Shown here piece by piece: positions 21,501 to 33,515 of a stretch of DNA of 64,000 bases (positions are counted from its first letter, which is position 1; each line of letters opens with the position of its first letter). This DNA comes from a virus (Duplodnaviria; Caudoviricetes), in IMG/VR virus record IMGVR_UViG_3300038345_000144; one strand, given 5' to 3'. The translations under genes were made by a program, and so were the position numbers. The notes under the pieces are model-generated. The model had not been told where the DNA came from and did not search any database. It saw only the letters and a program-made list of their open reading frames with translations.

Positions 21501-21807
21501 CATAATATACCCACTCGTCTGAACTGGTATAATACTTTAACACACAATTTACTCTATCCTGCTTGATAACCTTTGCATTAAAGTCCTCTGCCATCTGTTC
21601 GATATTATATTCATTAGGGCGATATTCCTTTATGCTCGCCTTATGAACCAAGATAACCGCCAGAGGTAGTGCAATCGCCATAGCCGCAAACATTGACGCT
21701 AACACTGCACTTTCGGGGTCAAATTTGCAACACGCCATAACGCAAATCACTGATATTGCAAGTGCTATAATCAAGCAGATGATAAAACCGATTGTACTAT
21801 TTGCCAT
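18546..21807 (-). other. cluster of small hypothetical and membrane-protein genes
   Basis: ORFs 18546..18953, 18950..19318, 19290..19481, 19465..19686, 19688..19933, 19930..20409, 20411..20728, 20728..20937, 21072..21449; 20411 and 21072 share a TVHF..T....Y.D motif. Confidence 0.7.
21454..21807 (-). CDS. membrane protein family A
   Basis: YNIEQMAEDFNA...EWVYYV. Confidence 0.75.
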   Translation of the reverse strand: MANSTIGFIICLIIALAISVICVMACCKFDPESAVLASMFAAMAIALPLAVILVHKASIKEYRPNEYNIEQMAEDFNAKVIKQDRVNCVLKYYTSSDEWVYYVPLDEVSVDQYRVEG

Positions 21808-21879
21808 TTTTGTATCTCCTTCTAAAGAAAATCACCCAAGTTAGATAACAAAGGTGATTTGGTTTATTGTTATGATGTT

Positions 21880-21909
21880 ATTATAGCAAATGAGTTATGA
21901 AGTTGTAAA
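21880..21909 (-). promoter_or_regulatory. promoter TTTACA-N18-TATAAT
   Basis: exact hexamers with TG extension. Confidence 0.75.
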
Positions 21910-21912
21910 GGG

Positions 21913-22981
21913 TTACTTTCCAGTTTTTGTAGTCTTTTTCTTATAAGACTTTACAGGGATAGCCTCATACTCTACCCACTGTCTTCTCCAAAGGTCTACA
22001 TCAACTTTTTTAGTTATTGCCATTAAAGGAGTAACCAACTCATCTTGGAGGTTGTAAAAGCGGAAGAATTCTTTTACGCCAGATTTACCCTCACATACTC
22101 CCTTCAAAAACTCTCGTTTTAAGAGTTTCTTCGGGGGTCCATTAACATAGGTTGCTTCTTCATAAAGACTGCTTTCAATTAAATACATCTGCATATTACT
22201 CAACCTCACTGATGCTTTCAATAACTTTCACTATTCTGTACTTGCCTGTCTCAAAGTCCTCTTCTTTAGATAGATACCAAGAGTTCAAGAAACTTGAGCG
22301 AGCCTTGTTTTCTGATAAATAGGTCTTGATAGCGGTGTTTCCTATGTTGTTAATAGGCTTAAACTCATAGTGTTGAGCCAACCCACAGAAAATCTCCCCT
22401 GTGCAGTTTACTACTACATATCGTTCTCGTTTAATATCAATTGTCATCTTCTGTTTCCTTTGCTTTGAACATTTCACAATCACTGTTAGGGTCTACTTCC
22501 TGTACCCACGGTTCTACATTACTCTTATAGTCTGGGTCAAGTTCTTTTTCCAGTTTATCCTGAATTAAGAGCATAATACAGCAGTAACTATCTTTGTACC
22601 CCTCGCCTACCTTAAAATCTTTAAGCAACTTTCGACCATAGACACATCTATCGCATCTTGGAGGATTTTGGGCTTCTTCCTTCCAATCCATAATTACGCT
22701 CCGTCCCCGAAATAAGGCTTGAGAAGTTCCTCTCTCTTCTTATCGGTTTCCTCAATAATTTCTGATGTCTTTTCGAGTGTAGCAAGCAACGCCTTAACAT
22801 CAGAACTATACTCACGGCGTAATTCACAGGCTCTACTTGCGGCAAGGTCGGCAATAGTCATAATTTCACTCTTTGTGAAAATGCTAAAGTCTTCGACCTT
22901 ATTCGCCTTTGCCTGAATAGTATCAAGTTGGTTAATCTTATTTGCTAACCTTTCAAAATGTTCGGTACTGGTATTACTCAT
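21913..22981 (-). other. four small hypothetical genes
   Basis: ORFs 21913..22221, 22196..22483, 22437..22691, 22694..22981. Confidence 0.65.
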
Positions 22982-22984
22982 TAG

Positions 22985-23698
22985 TTACTTTCCCCTGAAT
23001 GATGTCTTTGTGTCAAAGCCGTGGTTTACAATCTTATCCTTGTTTGTAGTACCCTCGGCAGTAGTTGTCTCTGAAGCAGTCTTCATAAGTGAGAAATACT
23101 CGTCAATTGCATAATACATTGTATCTGCGTCAATAAGATTAGCGATACCACACGCCTTGAGAAGAGGAAATGTCTCAATCCTCGTATAGTCGTAGGTATT
23201 CTTCTTTTTATTGTAAGTACGCTCGCTTGTCGAACTGAAATCGTGAGGAACCTCATAATCCTTATGAATGATTGCGTCCTTAAAGTCATTTGCGTGTGCT
23301 CGGACATTATCCTCAACCAATATCCTCTTACGAGTCTTATAGTTGTAGTTAAATACCGAATACTGCCACATTTGATTAAAACCAATCTGCTCTAACTTGA
23401 GAACCTTAAGGTCCCTATCATAATCTGTCCAAGAGGCAAGTACCTCAATGTCGTAATCTACAATCTCTGGAATATTATAATCCCTCTTTGCCCACTTTGA
23501 CGCTGTTACAAAGAAAAGCCAATAATGAGCACCGCACTGGAGAAGTAAGAAGATATGATTGTCGTCATCCCAAGTGCCAATACGCCGAATAATGCTTGCC
23601 TTTTGAAGTAGATAGGAGTTACGCCTGTCAAATACTAATGTATCTGTCGGGTCGTGAAGATAGTCATAATAGTCCTGTAACTTGTCAATAATTCGCAT
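22985..23698 (-). CDS. conserved-looking phage hypothetical protein
   Basis: starts MRII...DYYD, ends KI.NHGFD.K.SFR. Confidence 0.7.
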   Translation of the reverse strand: MRIIDKLQDYYDYLHDPTDTLVFDRRNSYLLQKASIIRRIGTWDDDNHIFLLLQCGAHYWLFFVTASKWAKRDYNIPEIVDYDIEVLASWTDYDRDLKVLKLEQIGFNQMWQYSVFNYNYKTRKRILVEDNVRAHANDFKDAIIHKDYEVPHDFSSTSERTYNKKKNTYDYTRIETFPLLKACGIANLIDADTMYYAIDEYFSLMKTASETTTAEGTTNKDKIVNHGFDTKTSFRGK

Positions 23699-23775
23699 TT
23701 TTCTTTTTACCTTTCGCTATTTTTTATAATAGCCCACCATTTATCTACACGCTTATTGCGGTAAATTACTAAATA

Positions 23776-24237
23776 TTACTTTGGGGTTGTTTCCCTTCCG
23801 TATTTTTCCTGTAACTTAATATAAAGTTCTCTTTCCTTTTTCTCTGCGAGTTCCTTTTTCTTCTGTTTAGCCTTTTCTTCGGCTATCTTCTTATTTTCCC
23901 TAATAGTCTGCTCAAACTGTTGTATATCAATAGGCTCATATAACCATTTAATAGGGAAAACCGTGCGGTTCAAATAAGTCCCATATCCGTCAGGGTCCCA
24001 CTCAACATAAATCAAAGGCTCATTGGAATACTTAATTTGGTCTTCAAACTTATAAGCAAAAGGTATTGTCTTATCTGCATAAGCAAAATCGGTAATTTCC
24101 CAAGCCTTACAATTAACATACCCTAATTCTTTTAGTTTGTTGATAACTTCTTTAAGAGGCTCTACCAACTTTCGCATTAAAATCAACGCATTAGCCGTTT
24201 CCTCTACCTTTTTGTTATCGTGAGTAATTTTAGCCAT
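23776..24237 (-). CDS. hypothetical protein with C-terminal coiled coil
   Basis: start refined to MAKITH after GAGG. Confidence 0.6.
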   Translation of the reverse strand: MAKITHDNKKVEETANALILMRKLVEPLKEVINKLKELGYVNCKAWEITDFAYADKTIPFAYKFEDQIKYSNEPLIYVEWDPDGYGTYLNRTVFPIKWLYEPIDIQQFEQTIRENKKIAEEKAKQKKKELAEKKERELYIKLQEKYGRETTPK

Positions 24238-24244
24238 TTTATGA

Positions 24245-24442
24245 TTACCTCTTCCATTCCCAAACATCATAAGTTTCAGGCTTACCACCCATATGAGTAT
24301 CGAAATACTCAACTTCCTTTCTTAATGTGGCTACTACCTCGCCGTCCTCATCAACAAGAGCCGTATAAGGCTTGGGTGCAGGTCCTCCACAATGCGTATC
24401 GTGGTAAGGTGTAATCTTTGCAATTCTGAATGTGTTGCTCAT
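24245..24442 (-). CDS. hypothetical protein
   Basis: AGGAGG RBS, downstream of promoter. Confidence 0.65.
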   Translation of the reverse strand: MSNTFRIAKITPYHDTHCGGPAPKPYTALVDEDGEVVATLRKEVEYFDTHMGGKPETYDVWEWKR

Positions 24443-24476
24443 TTGTATTTCCTCCTAATGTTTTATTAACAATGTT

Positions 24477-24563
24477 ATTATAGCAGAGAATATACAAATC
24501 TGTAAAGAGGTATATTCACTTTTTATTAGATACTTGCATTATACTACTCATTTGTAATATAAT
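24477..24563. promoter_or_regulatory. divergent promoter pair
   Basis: minus TTTACA-N18-TATAAT (24506-24477); plus TTGCAT-N18-TATAAT (24534-24563). Confidence 0.7.
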
Positions 24564-24600
24564 AAGTACGGTTAAACTAATGAAAGGAGGAAAAGTGGAA

Positions 24601-25149
24601 ATGATATACTTCATTAGTGACACACATTTCAATCACGATAAGGGTTTCATCTATGAGCCTCGAAATTTCGACTCGATGCCAGAAATGAACGAAAGACTTA
24701 TTGCGAATTGGAACAAGGTAGTATCACCTGACGACACTGTATATGTTGTTGGCGATTTCTTCTTGGGAGCAGATATGGATTATGTCTTAAATACCCTCAA
24801 GAGACTGAACGGCAATATCATACTTGTTCGAGGCAACCACGACTCTGATGCCAAGATTAGGCTATACGAGCAGACAGGTAAGATACTGGACATTGTGTGG
24901 GCAACACAGATTACATACAAGAAGAGAAATTTCTTCATTTGTCACTATCCGACTATGACCGCCAACTTTGGTGATAAGAAGAACCCTGATAAGGTAGTCA
25001 TCAACATCTTTGGTCACACTCATAGCCCTGACAAGTTCTATGAAGGAATGGCTAATATGTATAATGTGGCTTGCGACGCACACGACTGTACTCCCGTAAG
25101 TATCGAAGAAATATACTCCGATGTTATGGAAGCACTCTACAAGAGATAA
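24601..25149 (+). CDS. calcineurin-like metallophosphoesterase
   Basis: SDTHF, VGDF, GNHD, HYP, GHTH motifs; AGGAGG RBS before ATG 24601. Confidence 0.92.
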   Translation: MIYFISDTHFNHDKGFIYEPRNFDSMPEMNERLIANWNKVVSPDDTVYVVGDFFLGADMDYVLNTLKRLNGNIILVRGNHDSDAKIRLYEQTGKILDIVWATQITYKKRNFFICHYPTMTANFGDKKNPDKVVINIFGHTHSPDKFYEGMANMYNVACDAHDCTPVSIEEIYSDVMEALYKR

Positions 25150-25216
25150 GAAAAATCTCTATAATCAAATTGATGAGGGTATCTGTTGGTGAGAACAGGT
25201 ACTATTTTTTTGCAAT

Positions 25217-25241
25217 AAAAAAGCACCCTTTCGAGTGCTTT
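25217..25241. terminator. terminator between convergent genes
   Basis: aaaaagcac-cctttcga-gtgcttt. Confidence 0.55.
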
Positions 25242-25246
25242 CATAT

Positions 25247-26698
25247 TTACTTCTTATCGTCTAACATATTAGCAACCTGTTCCGCAACCTTTTCTTTAAT
25301 CTTATTCGCAGTTGCACGAATGAAAAATTCTTCAATAAGAGGGTTGATAATATCAGTAAAATCAAGGGAGTCAATGTAATCTTTAACTACCTGTTCGATG
25401 TGCTTTTTTACATCAGTTGTAAAGGTACTGTTTTTATCATCCCAAAAGAGTGCTCTACACTTTTTCTCAACAGTGTCTTCAAAGGCTTTCTCAATAAGGT
25501 CTTCCTTACGGTAATCGTATTTGCTATACTTTTTCTCAAGGATTTCATTAAACCTATTTTCAAGAGCCTCTCTATCAAGTTCTGTGGTCATATTTTCCAC
25601 ATAACTCTTTGCCATACGCTGTAATCTCTTGTTAAGCAGTTCCTTAATCTGCTCATCAAGTTCATCAGAATTGATTGTGAAACGAATGTTTGTTGATTTA
25701 TTAGACATTTTATATGTCCTCCTTTATTTAATTATTATTTTCTTTATCTGCGTAGGCACACCAAACCTGTGTATTGCAGTCTTTGTTTGGCTGTTCCCAG
25801 TACAATTTATTACCAAGTTCCCATACACTCTTGAGCGTAAACGGGGTATCACCAAAGTATTTCTTTGCCAATGCTAAAACAGTGCTGTGGTATGATAACG
25901 AACCACCAACCCAGTAATCTGTTGCACAATTCTCGTTCTTATATAAATACAAGAATGAAGTAACTTCCGTTCCCTCCCCGTCTGGTACTGTATTAGCATA
26001 AGTAACATTAGATTTGCTTGCAAACGGCTCCTTATCAGTAACAAAACGGAGATATTCTGATAACTGGGTAACAATCGCATATAATCTACCCATTGAGAAG
26101 ATAAATTCAGGATTGTACTTCTTCATATTCTTCATTCCGTAGTAATTGAATGAAGATGTATAGAAGTAACGAACCTCCGATGATAAGCGTTCAAAGTCAG
26201 GGTCTCCATACCACTTATAAGTCCCCTTTGCAACCGAGCAGGCTCTAATTGCCATAGCGTTAAGAGTTTCGTGGTCGTCCCTTAATGTTTTGTCTTTAAT
26301 CTCTTTAATAAGCCTATTAGTGAGTTCCGTAGGAATAAGCAATCCCGCTTTTTCTGATGGGTTTTCAAATCCCCCATTGTAAGTAAGGAGAGTGCCTCCA
26401 TTTTCAAGTTCAATTATATCTGCCATTTTATTCCCCCCTTATCGAGTCTGGCTTCAAGTTCCTTAATGTAGTCTACCAATACGCCTGTATAATATTCGTG
26501 AGAGCCACCGTCACCTATAATATGAGTAAGATATTCGATAGCGTGATTGATTTGAGCCAGTTTACGGACTTCTTCTTCACTGATGAATTCCCCAAACTCC
26601 TCCTCACTATACTGACTAATCAGGTCATAATAAGGACTATCAAGGCGTTTTTCCATTTCCGCAATCTTTTCTCTTTTTTCTTTTATCGTAAGTTTCAT
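25247..26698 (-). other. three hypothetical genes
   Basis: ORFs 25247..25708, 25728..26426, 26414..26698. Confidence 0.7.
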
Positions 26699-26741
26699 TA
26701 TTTTACTATACCCCTTTATACAAAATCAAGTATATTATTTG

Positions 26742-27872
26742 TCAAGTTCCATATTTCAAGGCTTCTTCATAGGTTATGAAGAAATGAATACCGCTTGCAC
26801 ATTCTTTCCAACGGTTTGTTTCAAATTTTTCAGAACACTTTGTAATTTTACCTACAACATACTGGGTATCAGTAGCAGGTGACTTAAAAAGTGGGAAGGC
26901 AACGGTGTCTGCGGGGTACTTTCTTCCGTTAAGGTACTGAATTTCCAAAACCTTTACCTTATCAGCACGGCACTTTCTACTTGTAGCAGAACTTCTCTTG
27001 GCGGTTTCTGGAATTTCAAGTTTAATGATACAATCCCTCTCTTTACCGTCTTTGTTGATTACTCTTCCCTTCTTCCACCCGATGAATGAGCCGTTTGAAG
27101 GACACGCCATTGGACACGGAACATTAGTACAGTCGGATATTTTAGCCGAGGTTCCAAATAAAGAAAGACCCGTAGCATTAGTAAAATCAACATCAATAAA
27201 TTTTGTATTTGATAAAACGGCATTGTCAAATTGAGATTTTGGGACATCTATTTTAAGTCCGTCAAACATACTGCCTATAAGTATTGAATTGTTAAAAGCA
27301 CACATACCAATGCTTGCATTAAGAAAAGTTGACTTTGTTAATGTTGCTCCTTCAAAATAATCACTGAATAAAGATGTGTTTATAACTACCATTTGATGTA
27401 AATTAGCACCCTTAAAACCACAATAATTAAGTTTAGAGAACTTAAAGGTCGCACACTGACCATTACACATCTTAAATGAACAGGAAGCAATTGACCCCTG
27501 GTTAAATTCTGTAAAACGCAAGTCGGCATAATCAAAGTTGTCCTGACTTAATGAAGAATGATTAAACATAGCCCCGTACATATTAGCGTACTTAAAGTCC
27601 GTAGCGGCAATTGTAGCCCAGTTAAAATTAGCACTAACCAACTTTGCGTGATTAAACACACAATGGTCAATATTTGCGAACTGAAAATTAGCCTTATTTA
27701 ATTGGCAATCACTAAAGTCGATAAATTTAAGGGTTTGGTATGATAAATCAGCCTGCTTACCCTGTTCCCCATTAGTTTTAAGCCAAAGGGCGTGTTCCTT
27801 GATAATGTTTGATAGTTTTTCTCCGTTAATACGCACCTTATTAGGCTTCTGCATAGGCTCCATATCCATCAT
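26742..27872 (-). CDS. pentapeptide-repeat protein with C-terminal DUF5758-like domain
   Basis: A(D/N)L/F xx repeats; C-terminus CP..GSFIGWKK...KLEIP..AKRSSAT.RKCRA...ECASGIHFF. Confidence 0.9.
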   Translation of the reverse strand: MMDMEPMQKPNKVRINGEKLSNIIKEHALWLKTNGEQGKQADLSYQTLKFIDFSDCQLNKANFQFANIDHCVFNHAKLVSANFNWATIAATDFKYANMYGAMFNHSSLSQDNFDYADLRFTEFNQGSIASCSFKMCNGQCATFKFSKLNYCGFKGANLHQMVVINTSLFSDYFEGATLTKSTFLNASIGMCAFNNSILIGSMFDGLKIDVPKSQFDNAVLSNTKFIDVDFTNATGLSLFGTSAKISDCTNVPCPMACPSNGSFIGWKKGRVINKDGKERDCIIKLEIPETAKRSSATSRKCRADKVKVLEIQYLNGRKYPADTVAFPLFKSPATDTQYVVGKITKCSEKFETNRWKECASGIHFFITYEEALKYGT

Positions 27873-27911
27873 AATTCGTGTATCTCCTTTGAGTTTTGTT
27901 ATGATACCATA

Positions 27912-28037
27912 ATCATACCAATTCAGATAATCATTTGTAAATGCCTATAATCAATCATTTTTAGGCAAATAGATACTCCCGTGTTCGATTTCTTTTCAAA
28001 TATACTCTTTACAAATGAAATACCCTTTTGCTATAAT
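27912..28037. promoter_or_regulatory. divergent promoter pair at strand switch
   Basis: minus TTTACA-N18-TATGAT (27941-27912); plus TTTACA-N18-TATAAT (28008-28037). Confidence 0.75.
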
Positions 28038-28070
28038 GAGTTTATTATAAAAGTAAAGGAGACAACCAAA

Positions 28071-28250
28071 ATGATACAGGGTAGAATTACCATTTCCCGA
28101 ACAAAGAGAGATGAGGTTTATATCACCGTTAAGGATATGGACTTTAATATTCTTTTTGAGGGTGAAATGACACTGTTGGATTATGCGGGAATAGTTACTG
28201 GAGAGGCAGAACTTCCTATTACTATTAAGGAAATTAACGGAGGAGTATAA
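28071..28250 (+). CDS. small hypothetical protein
   Basis: ATG after AAGGAG, just downstream of promoter. Confidence 0.6.
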   Translation: MIQGRITISRTKRDEVYITVKDMDFNILFEGEMTLLDYAGIVTGEAELPITIKEINGGV

Positions 28251-28255
28251 AAGGT

Positions 28256-29302
28256 ATGAATATTGAAGAAATCAGAGCATTATTAAAGACATCAGATTAC
28301 GACTTTTTAAGAACCAACGCCCATCTTGGCGATAACATTATTTGCCTTGCTTTAGGTGGTTCACACGCATACGGTACAAATGTTGAGGGTTCAGACCTTG
28401 ATATTCGTGGGGTTGCCCTTAATACAAAGGAAGAAATCCTTTTAGGTAAGGACTTTGAGCAGGTTGTAGACAGCAACACCGATACAACTATCTACTCTGT
28501 TAAGAAGTTCTTGAGACTTCTCTCACAGAACAACCCGAATACAATCGAAATCCTCGGTCTTCAGGACTGGCAGATTATCTACACAACTTCGATTTGGGAT
28601 ATGATTATGGCTGAAAAGGACGCTTTCATTTCCAAGAAGGTCATCAACTCTTTCGGAGGTTATGCTAACCAGCAGTTAAGAAGACTTGATAGTAAGTCTG
28701 CAAGAAATGTTGGTCAGGGCAATATCGAGGACTACATCAGAGGTTCTATCAGACACGCAGAAGAGGAAATATCTACACACTATCCTGAAATAAAGGGTGG
28801 CGTAAATGTTTATACTGATGTAGCGGTAAGTGAAGATATGGAGAGAGAACTCTTTATCGACCTTTCTGTAACACACTATCCGCTTCGTAGCCTTGTTGGT
28901 AGACTTAATGAATATAGTAATATTATTAAGGACTACGCAAAGTGTACTCATAGAAACGAGTATGCTATTGCTCACGGCAGAATTGGAAAACATATGATGC
29001 ACCTCGTAAGACTTTACCATATGTGTTTCGATATTCTCGAAAAGGGTGAAATCATCACTTTCAGAGCCGAGGACCACGACGAACTTATGGCTATCCGTAA
29101 CGGTTGTTACATCAATGCGGATAGTTCTGTAAAGGACGACTTCTATAAGTTAGTTGACGAACTTGAAGCACATCTTCAGGAAGATATGGCAAAGGCAACT
29201 TTACCGAGGGATGTTGACTATGATAGAATTAACGCACTTCTTTATAGGATTAACGAGGAAGTTATCGTAGGTAACGAGCCGAGCAGAAAGTTCGAGGTGT
29301 AA
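28256..29302 (+). CDS. DNA polymerase beta-superfamily nucleotidyltransferase (RlaP/Nuc-transf-like)
   Basis: GGSHAYGTN...SDLDIRG, NPN.IE.L, K.MMHLVRL. Confidence 0.85.
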   Translation: MNIEEIRALLKTSDYDFLRTNAHLGDNIICLALGGSHAYGTNVEGSDLDIRGVALNTKEEILLGKDFEQVVDSNTDTTIYSVKKFLRLLSQNNPNTIEILGLQDWQIIYTTSIWDMIMAEKDAFISKKVINSFGGYANQQLRRLDSKSARNVGQGNIEDYIRGSIRHAEEEISTHYPEIKGGVNVYTDVAVSEDMERELFIDLSVTHYPLRSLVGRLNEYSNIIKDYAKCTHRNEYAIAHGRIGKHMMHLVRLYHMCFDILEKGEIITFRAEDHDELMAIRNGCYINADSSVKDDFYKLVDELEAHLQEDMAKATLPRDVDYDRINALLYRINEEVIVGNEPSRKFEV

Positions 29303-32300
29303 CTCAATGGAACATATGTATGATATTACTGATTGGTCTTACCGCCACGAAACCTTAATTGTGTATGTAGGTGGCGAGACCTATCAGTTCTATTGTCCAA
29401 GTAGTTGTTTATACAATGACGGAAATGGTCCATATTATTGCTATCCGTCTAATGTGGACAAACACAAGCCTTTGGCAATAAGTTCTATAACCTATGAGCC
29501 TAACAAGTATAAGACTAACGGGCTGGAGTATCAAGTAACTTGTATTTTCTTCAGCGACACGGAACGAAATAAGCGTTATTACGAGGAGTATATCTAATAG
29601 GAGATAAAAAGAAATGAAAAAGAACCAGTGGCTTTCAGTAGCCGACTTAATTGAGATTTTACAGACAATGCCACAGGATGCAAAGGTTATTGTCAACAAT
29701 GATAACTTGTTTGAGAATGGTACTTATTATGCTACCCGTGACAGCATTGAGTTATATGATGACGATGAAAAGCAGGTTATCATAGGAACAAACTATAATA
29801 CACAGTCTTTGTGAGGTAATTATCTATGGGAAAGAAAATCGGTGACATTGAAGTAGGCTCAAGGGTATTTTGTAATGCTTGCGGAGCGTTGAAGGAATAC
29901 GAGGTGGTCGCATTTCGTATTGTTGAGTGGAGCGATGGTCTTCGTGGAGAAGTTGAAACTAAAGTAGTTAAGCCAAAGGGCGTTTTAGGTGGAACACAAA
30001 AGTTCTTCCTTGACCAGTTTATTGCTGGAGTTAATGAAGCACAGGATATGAAGATTTCCGATATTAGGAGGGACGGCTGATGAAGACTATTCAGCAGGCA
30101 ATTAAGACTTTTACAGCAGAAAGGGCTTGTTTAGAGAAGAAAATTAAGGGCTGTCCTGGTGGTAATTTGTGCTACGAGTGTCCTACTGCTTATGAGCAGG
30201 GTACTAACGGAGACCGTTTGGAGTACCTCGACCTTATTCTTCAGGTGTTGAGACATTCAGCCCCTAATGGAGAGTGGCAGGTTGTTGGTAGAATAATGAA
30301 GAACGGAAAGCCGTTGGCGGTTAAATGTTCAAGGTGTGGTAACTCCCCAAAGTATGCTGTAACCAGCGATTTCTGTCCGAATTGTGGTGCTATGATGACA
30401 TTAAGCGAGGAACTGAAGAATGATTAACGATGATGGTGAAAGATTTTGCGATAGATGTGGACAACTTATGTTGCCTAAATATGGTAACAGTTATGATTAT
30501 GTATTAAATAAGAGCACAGGCAAGATGTACTGTTGGAATTGCTACGAGGAAATGAAGGCAGAGGAAAAAGATAATGAGTAAAGTAACTGTTGAAATCCCT
30601 GACTATGTTAAGGGTAGGGTGCTTGTAGTATCAGAGGAATATATAAAGGAACATATGATTAACCTTTCAATGTTCACGCAGAAATTCATTGGTGAGGTTG
30701 ATTTATCCGCTTCAATTATTAAAATCATCGAACCAAACAAGGAGTAACTATGATGTATATGCCATACAGTTTTTATGATGCCGAAGATTATGATTGTTTT
30801 GGTCAGCATAAACAAACAGTTGGTCAGACCATTAAAGACCTGTTGTTGTGTTTTGTTGGCTTGGTTGTAATTCTCGGTATCTTCTTTGGAATGGTTTATT
30901 ATTCCACAGCAGAGAGTTATAAAGAGTGGAACAACGGCTACTGTCAGTGCGGTGGTTGTTGGAGATATGACGAGGCGGTAGGACATCGCCACTCTACAAC
31001 CTTTATGTATGAGTGCGACAGATGTGGTAGACATATTGAGCGTAATTCTATTGAAGAAGAAGTACAGACAGAAACAGGAGAAGTAGTCAATGGATAAACA
31101 AGGAGCGTGGATATTTCGAAACGGTAAATATCGCTGTACTATTTGTGGGAAAATGTCAATTTATAAATATAAAGGCATAGAAACCACCCCAACACCCTGT
31201 TTAACTAAACAATGCCCGTCTTGTGGCTCTGATATGAAAATTGCTTTAATGCAACAACAATACTTATATGAAGGAGAGTAAATTATGTTAATAGCAATTA
31301 AAGTACCTGATGAAATCTATAACGAGTTTATAAACGAAAATAACTATGAAGTCATTTATGATGGAAACTGGGTAGCCGAGGCTATTCATAAAGGAACCAT
31401 CATTCAGGATAATCTAATCAGTCGAAACCGTGTAATAACCGCCTTAAATGAGGCACAGACCGAATGGGACGAGAACTACAAGGGACTGGGTAAGGCAAAG
31501 CAGATTGTAGATGGTTTGCCTATTGATGTAAAAAAGGAGTAACTGAAATGCTATTACTTGTAAATGTAAGTGAACACAATAAGAACCTTATTGAACGCCA
31601 TTATAACGGCGAGGGCTTTGAGACTATCCCAGAGTCCGTGGTAGACGACATTATGTTTGCCATCAATAATGCAACGGTCCTCCCTACTGGTTGTGGTAAG
31701 TTGGTTGAGGCAGATGAAGTTGTAAAACTGGTGGACAAGCATACATTTGATACAACTGAAGGCGTAACGCTTGATGATGATATTACTTGTATTCTTGAAG
31801 AAGCCAAAACATATAAATTGGGAGAAAACAATGAAACATAACAATAAGTTTTATTATGGACGCAAGGACGATAAGATAATTGACGAAGAGTGGGATATAG
31901 CCGAGAAAACTGGAAAACCGCAGACTTGGTGGGTATATCCTGATTATAAGTATGAACCTTATAAAAGATTTGTTAAGTGTTATACACCCGCATTAGCCGA
32001 AGTTGTTAGAAAGCGAACAGGCTGGAAAATCGAACCCTTTTAAGGAGATATTTAACAATGAAAGAAGTAGTAATTCAGATGTCGGACGATATGTTCGAAA
32101 GAATAATGAAGGCTGAAAGTTTGCCTGATATGTATGGTACAGATATAGTAAACGCTATGAACTGTATCAAGAGAGGTATTGTTCTCCCCGACACTCACGG
32201 AGATATTAAGGACATTGACGAGGTATTGCTTGGTATAAGGTGGAAAAATGGTCACGGCTACGAGGCATATATGTATGCAAAGCCTATCTCTGATGGAATT

Positions 32301-33454
32301 GCTACACTTGTGCCTGCAAAAAGAAACGCTAAAACAACTGAAGGAGTTATATAAAGCAGATGAGCAAACGAAAGAGTAGTTATGAGCGTTGGAAGGAGCG
32401 TCAGAAAAACGCTTCCCCCTATGCAAATCAAGCCGTTTGTAGTAAATGCAGAAATTGTGAATGGGTGAGAACACACGCATATTGCAGTGGTTTTGGCAAG
32501 GCTACAAGATTGCCCTCTGACACTTACTGGAGCCTAAAACCAGGATATTGTACGCAATTTTATCCTAAAGGAAATACCGAAGGTTTAGGATTTATTATTG
32601 GTAAAGGAGACACAACAAATGAGTGACATTGAACAGAAAATTATCGGAAAATCCGTTAAAAGTGCCTGCATTGACGGGTATGAAGTAACTATTGAGTTTA
32701 CAGATGGAACGGTATTTAAGTATGAAGCCTCCGACGGAGGTTATTCTTCTTATAGTTTTAATGAGGTAAGATAAGATGAAGAGAGATATTAGACTTATAG
32801 ATATTGTTGCTATACTCTCTCCAAGACATTCCTATTGTGTAAGAATTAACGGAGAAGCACTCAAAGATTATCTGCGTAGAGATGAATTAACTTATGGTAT
32901 GTTACAGATGTATGTAGCGAAAATCGGTAGTTGTTATCATCTTAACGAAGACCATCTTGTACTTGATTTAGTAACCCGTGATAATTCTTTGGAGGGATAA
33001 TATAATGGATAATGAAAACGATAAGGAACAGGAGTGTTCAGGCAACTGCGACACTTGCCCTAATAAAACATTTGATAGCGACAGTGCTTACGAGTTTATT
33101 TGTAATAAATACGGTTGGGTAGTTTAATGAAAAACAATTGTAGTGAATGTGTGCATCATTATAAAGATTTAGGCTATTTGCCAGAAGAGTGCTGTGTTTG
33201 TTATATTGACGAAGACGGCTATCATTCAGAGTTCGTTCAGATAGATAGAGAAAAGTGTGCTACCTGTCGAAAGAACGCAATAGAGGTATGTGCAAATGGC
33301 GTACCTGATTGTGAGCGTGGTCTCCCGTGTTCACCAACCCCTACCCGTGAAGAATATGACAAAATGATAGATACTACTCTTAATCTTATAAGAGAGATAA
33401 GAGAAATGGTTAATAATAAACCAGAATAATGAGTTACCCAGTTAATCCTAACTC

Positions 33455-33484
33455 TTGACAAATAGAGTTGCTAAAGCGTATTAT
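33455..33484 (+). promoter_or_regulatory. promoter TTGACA-N18-TATTAT
   Basis: hexamers upstream of AAGGAG and GTG 33516. Confidence 0.65.
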
Positions 33485-33515
33485 AGTGTTATATTACACG
33501 AAGGAGAATACGCTT

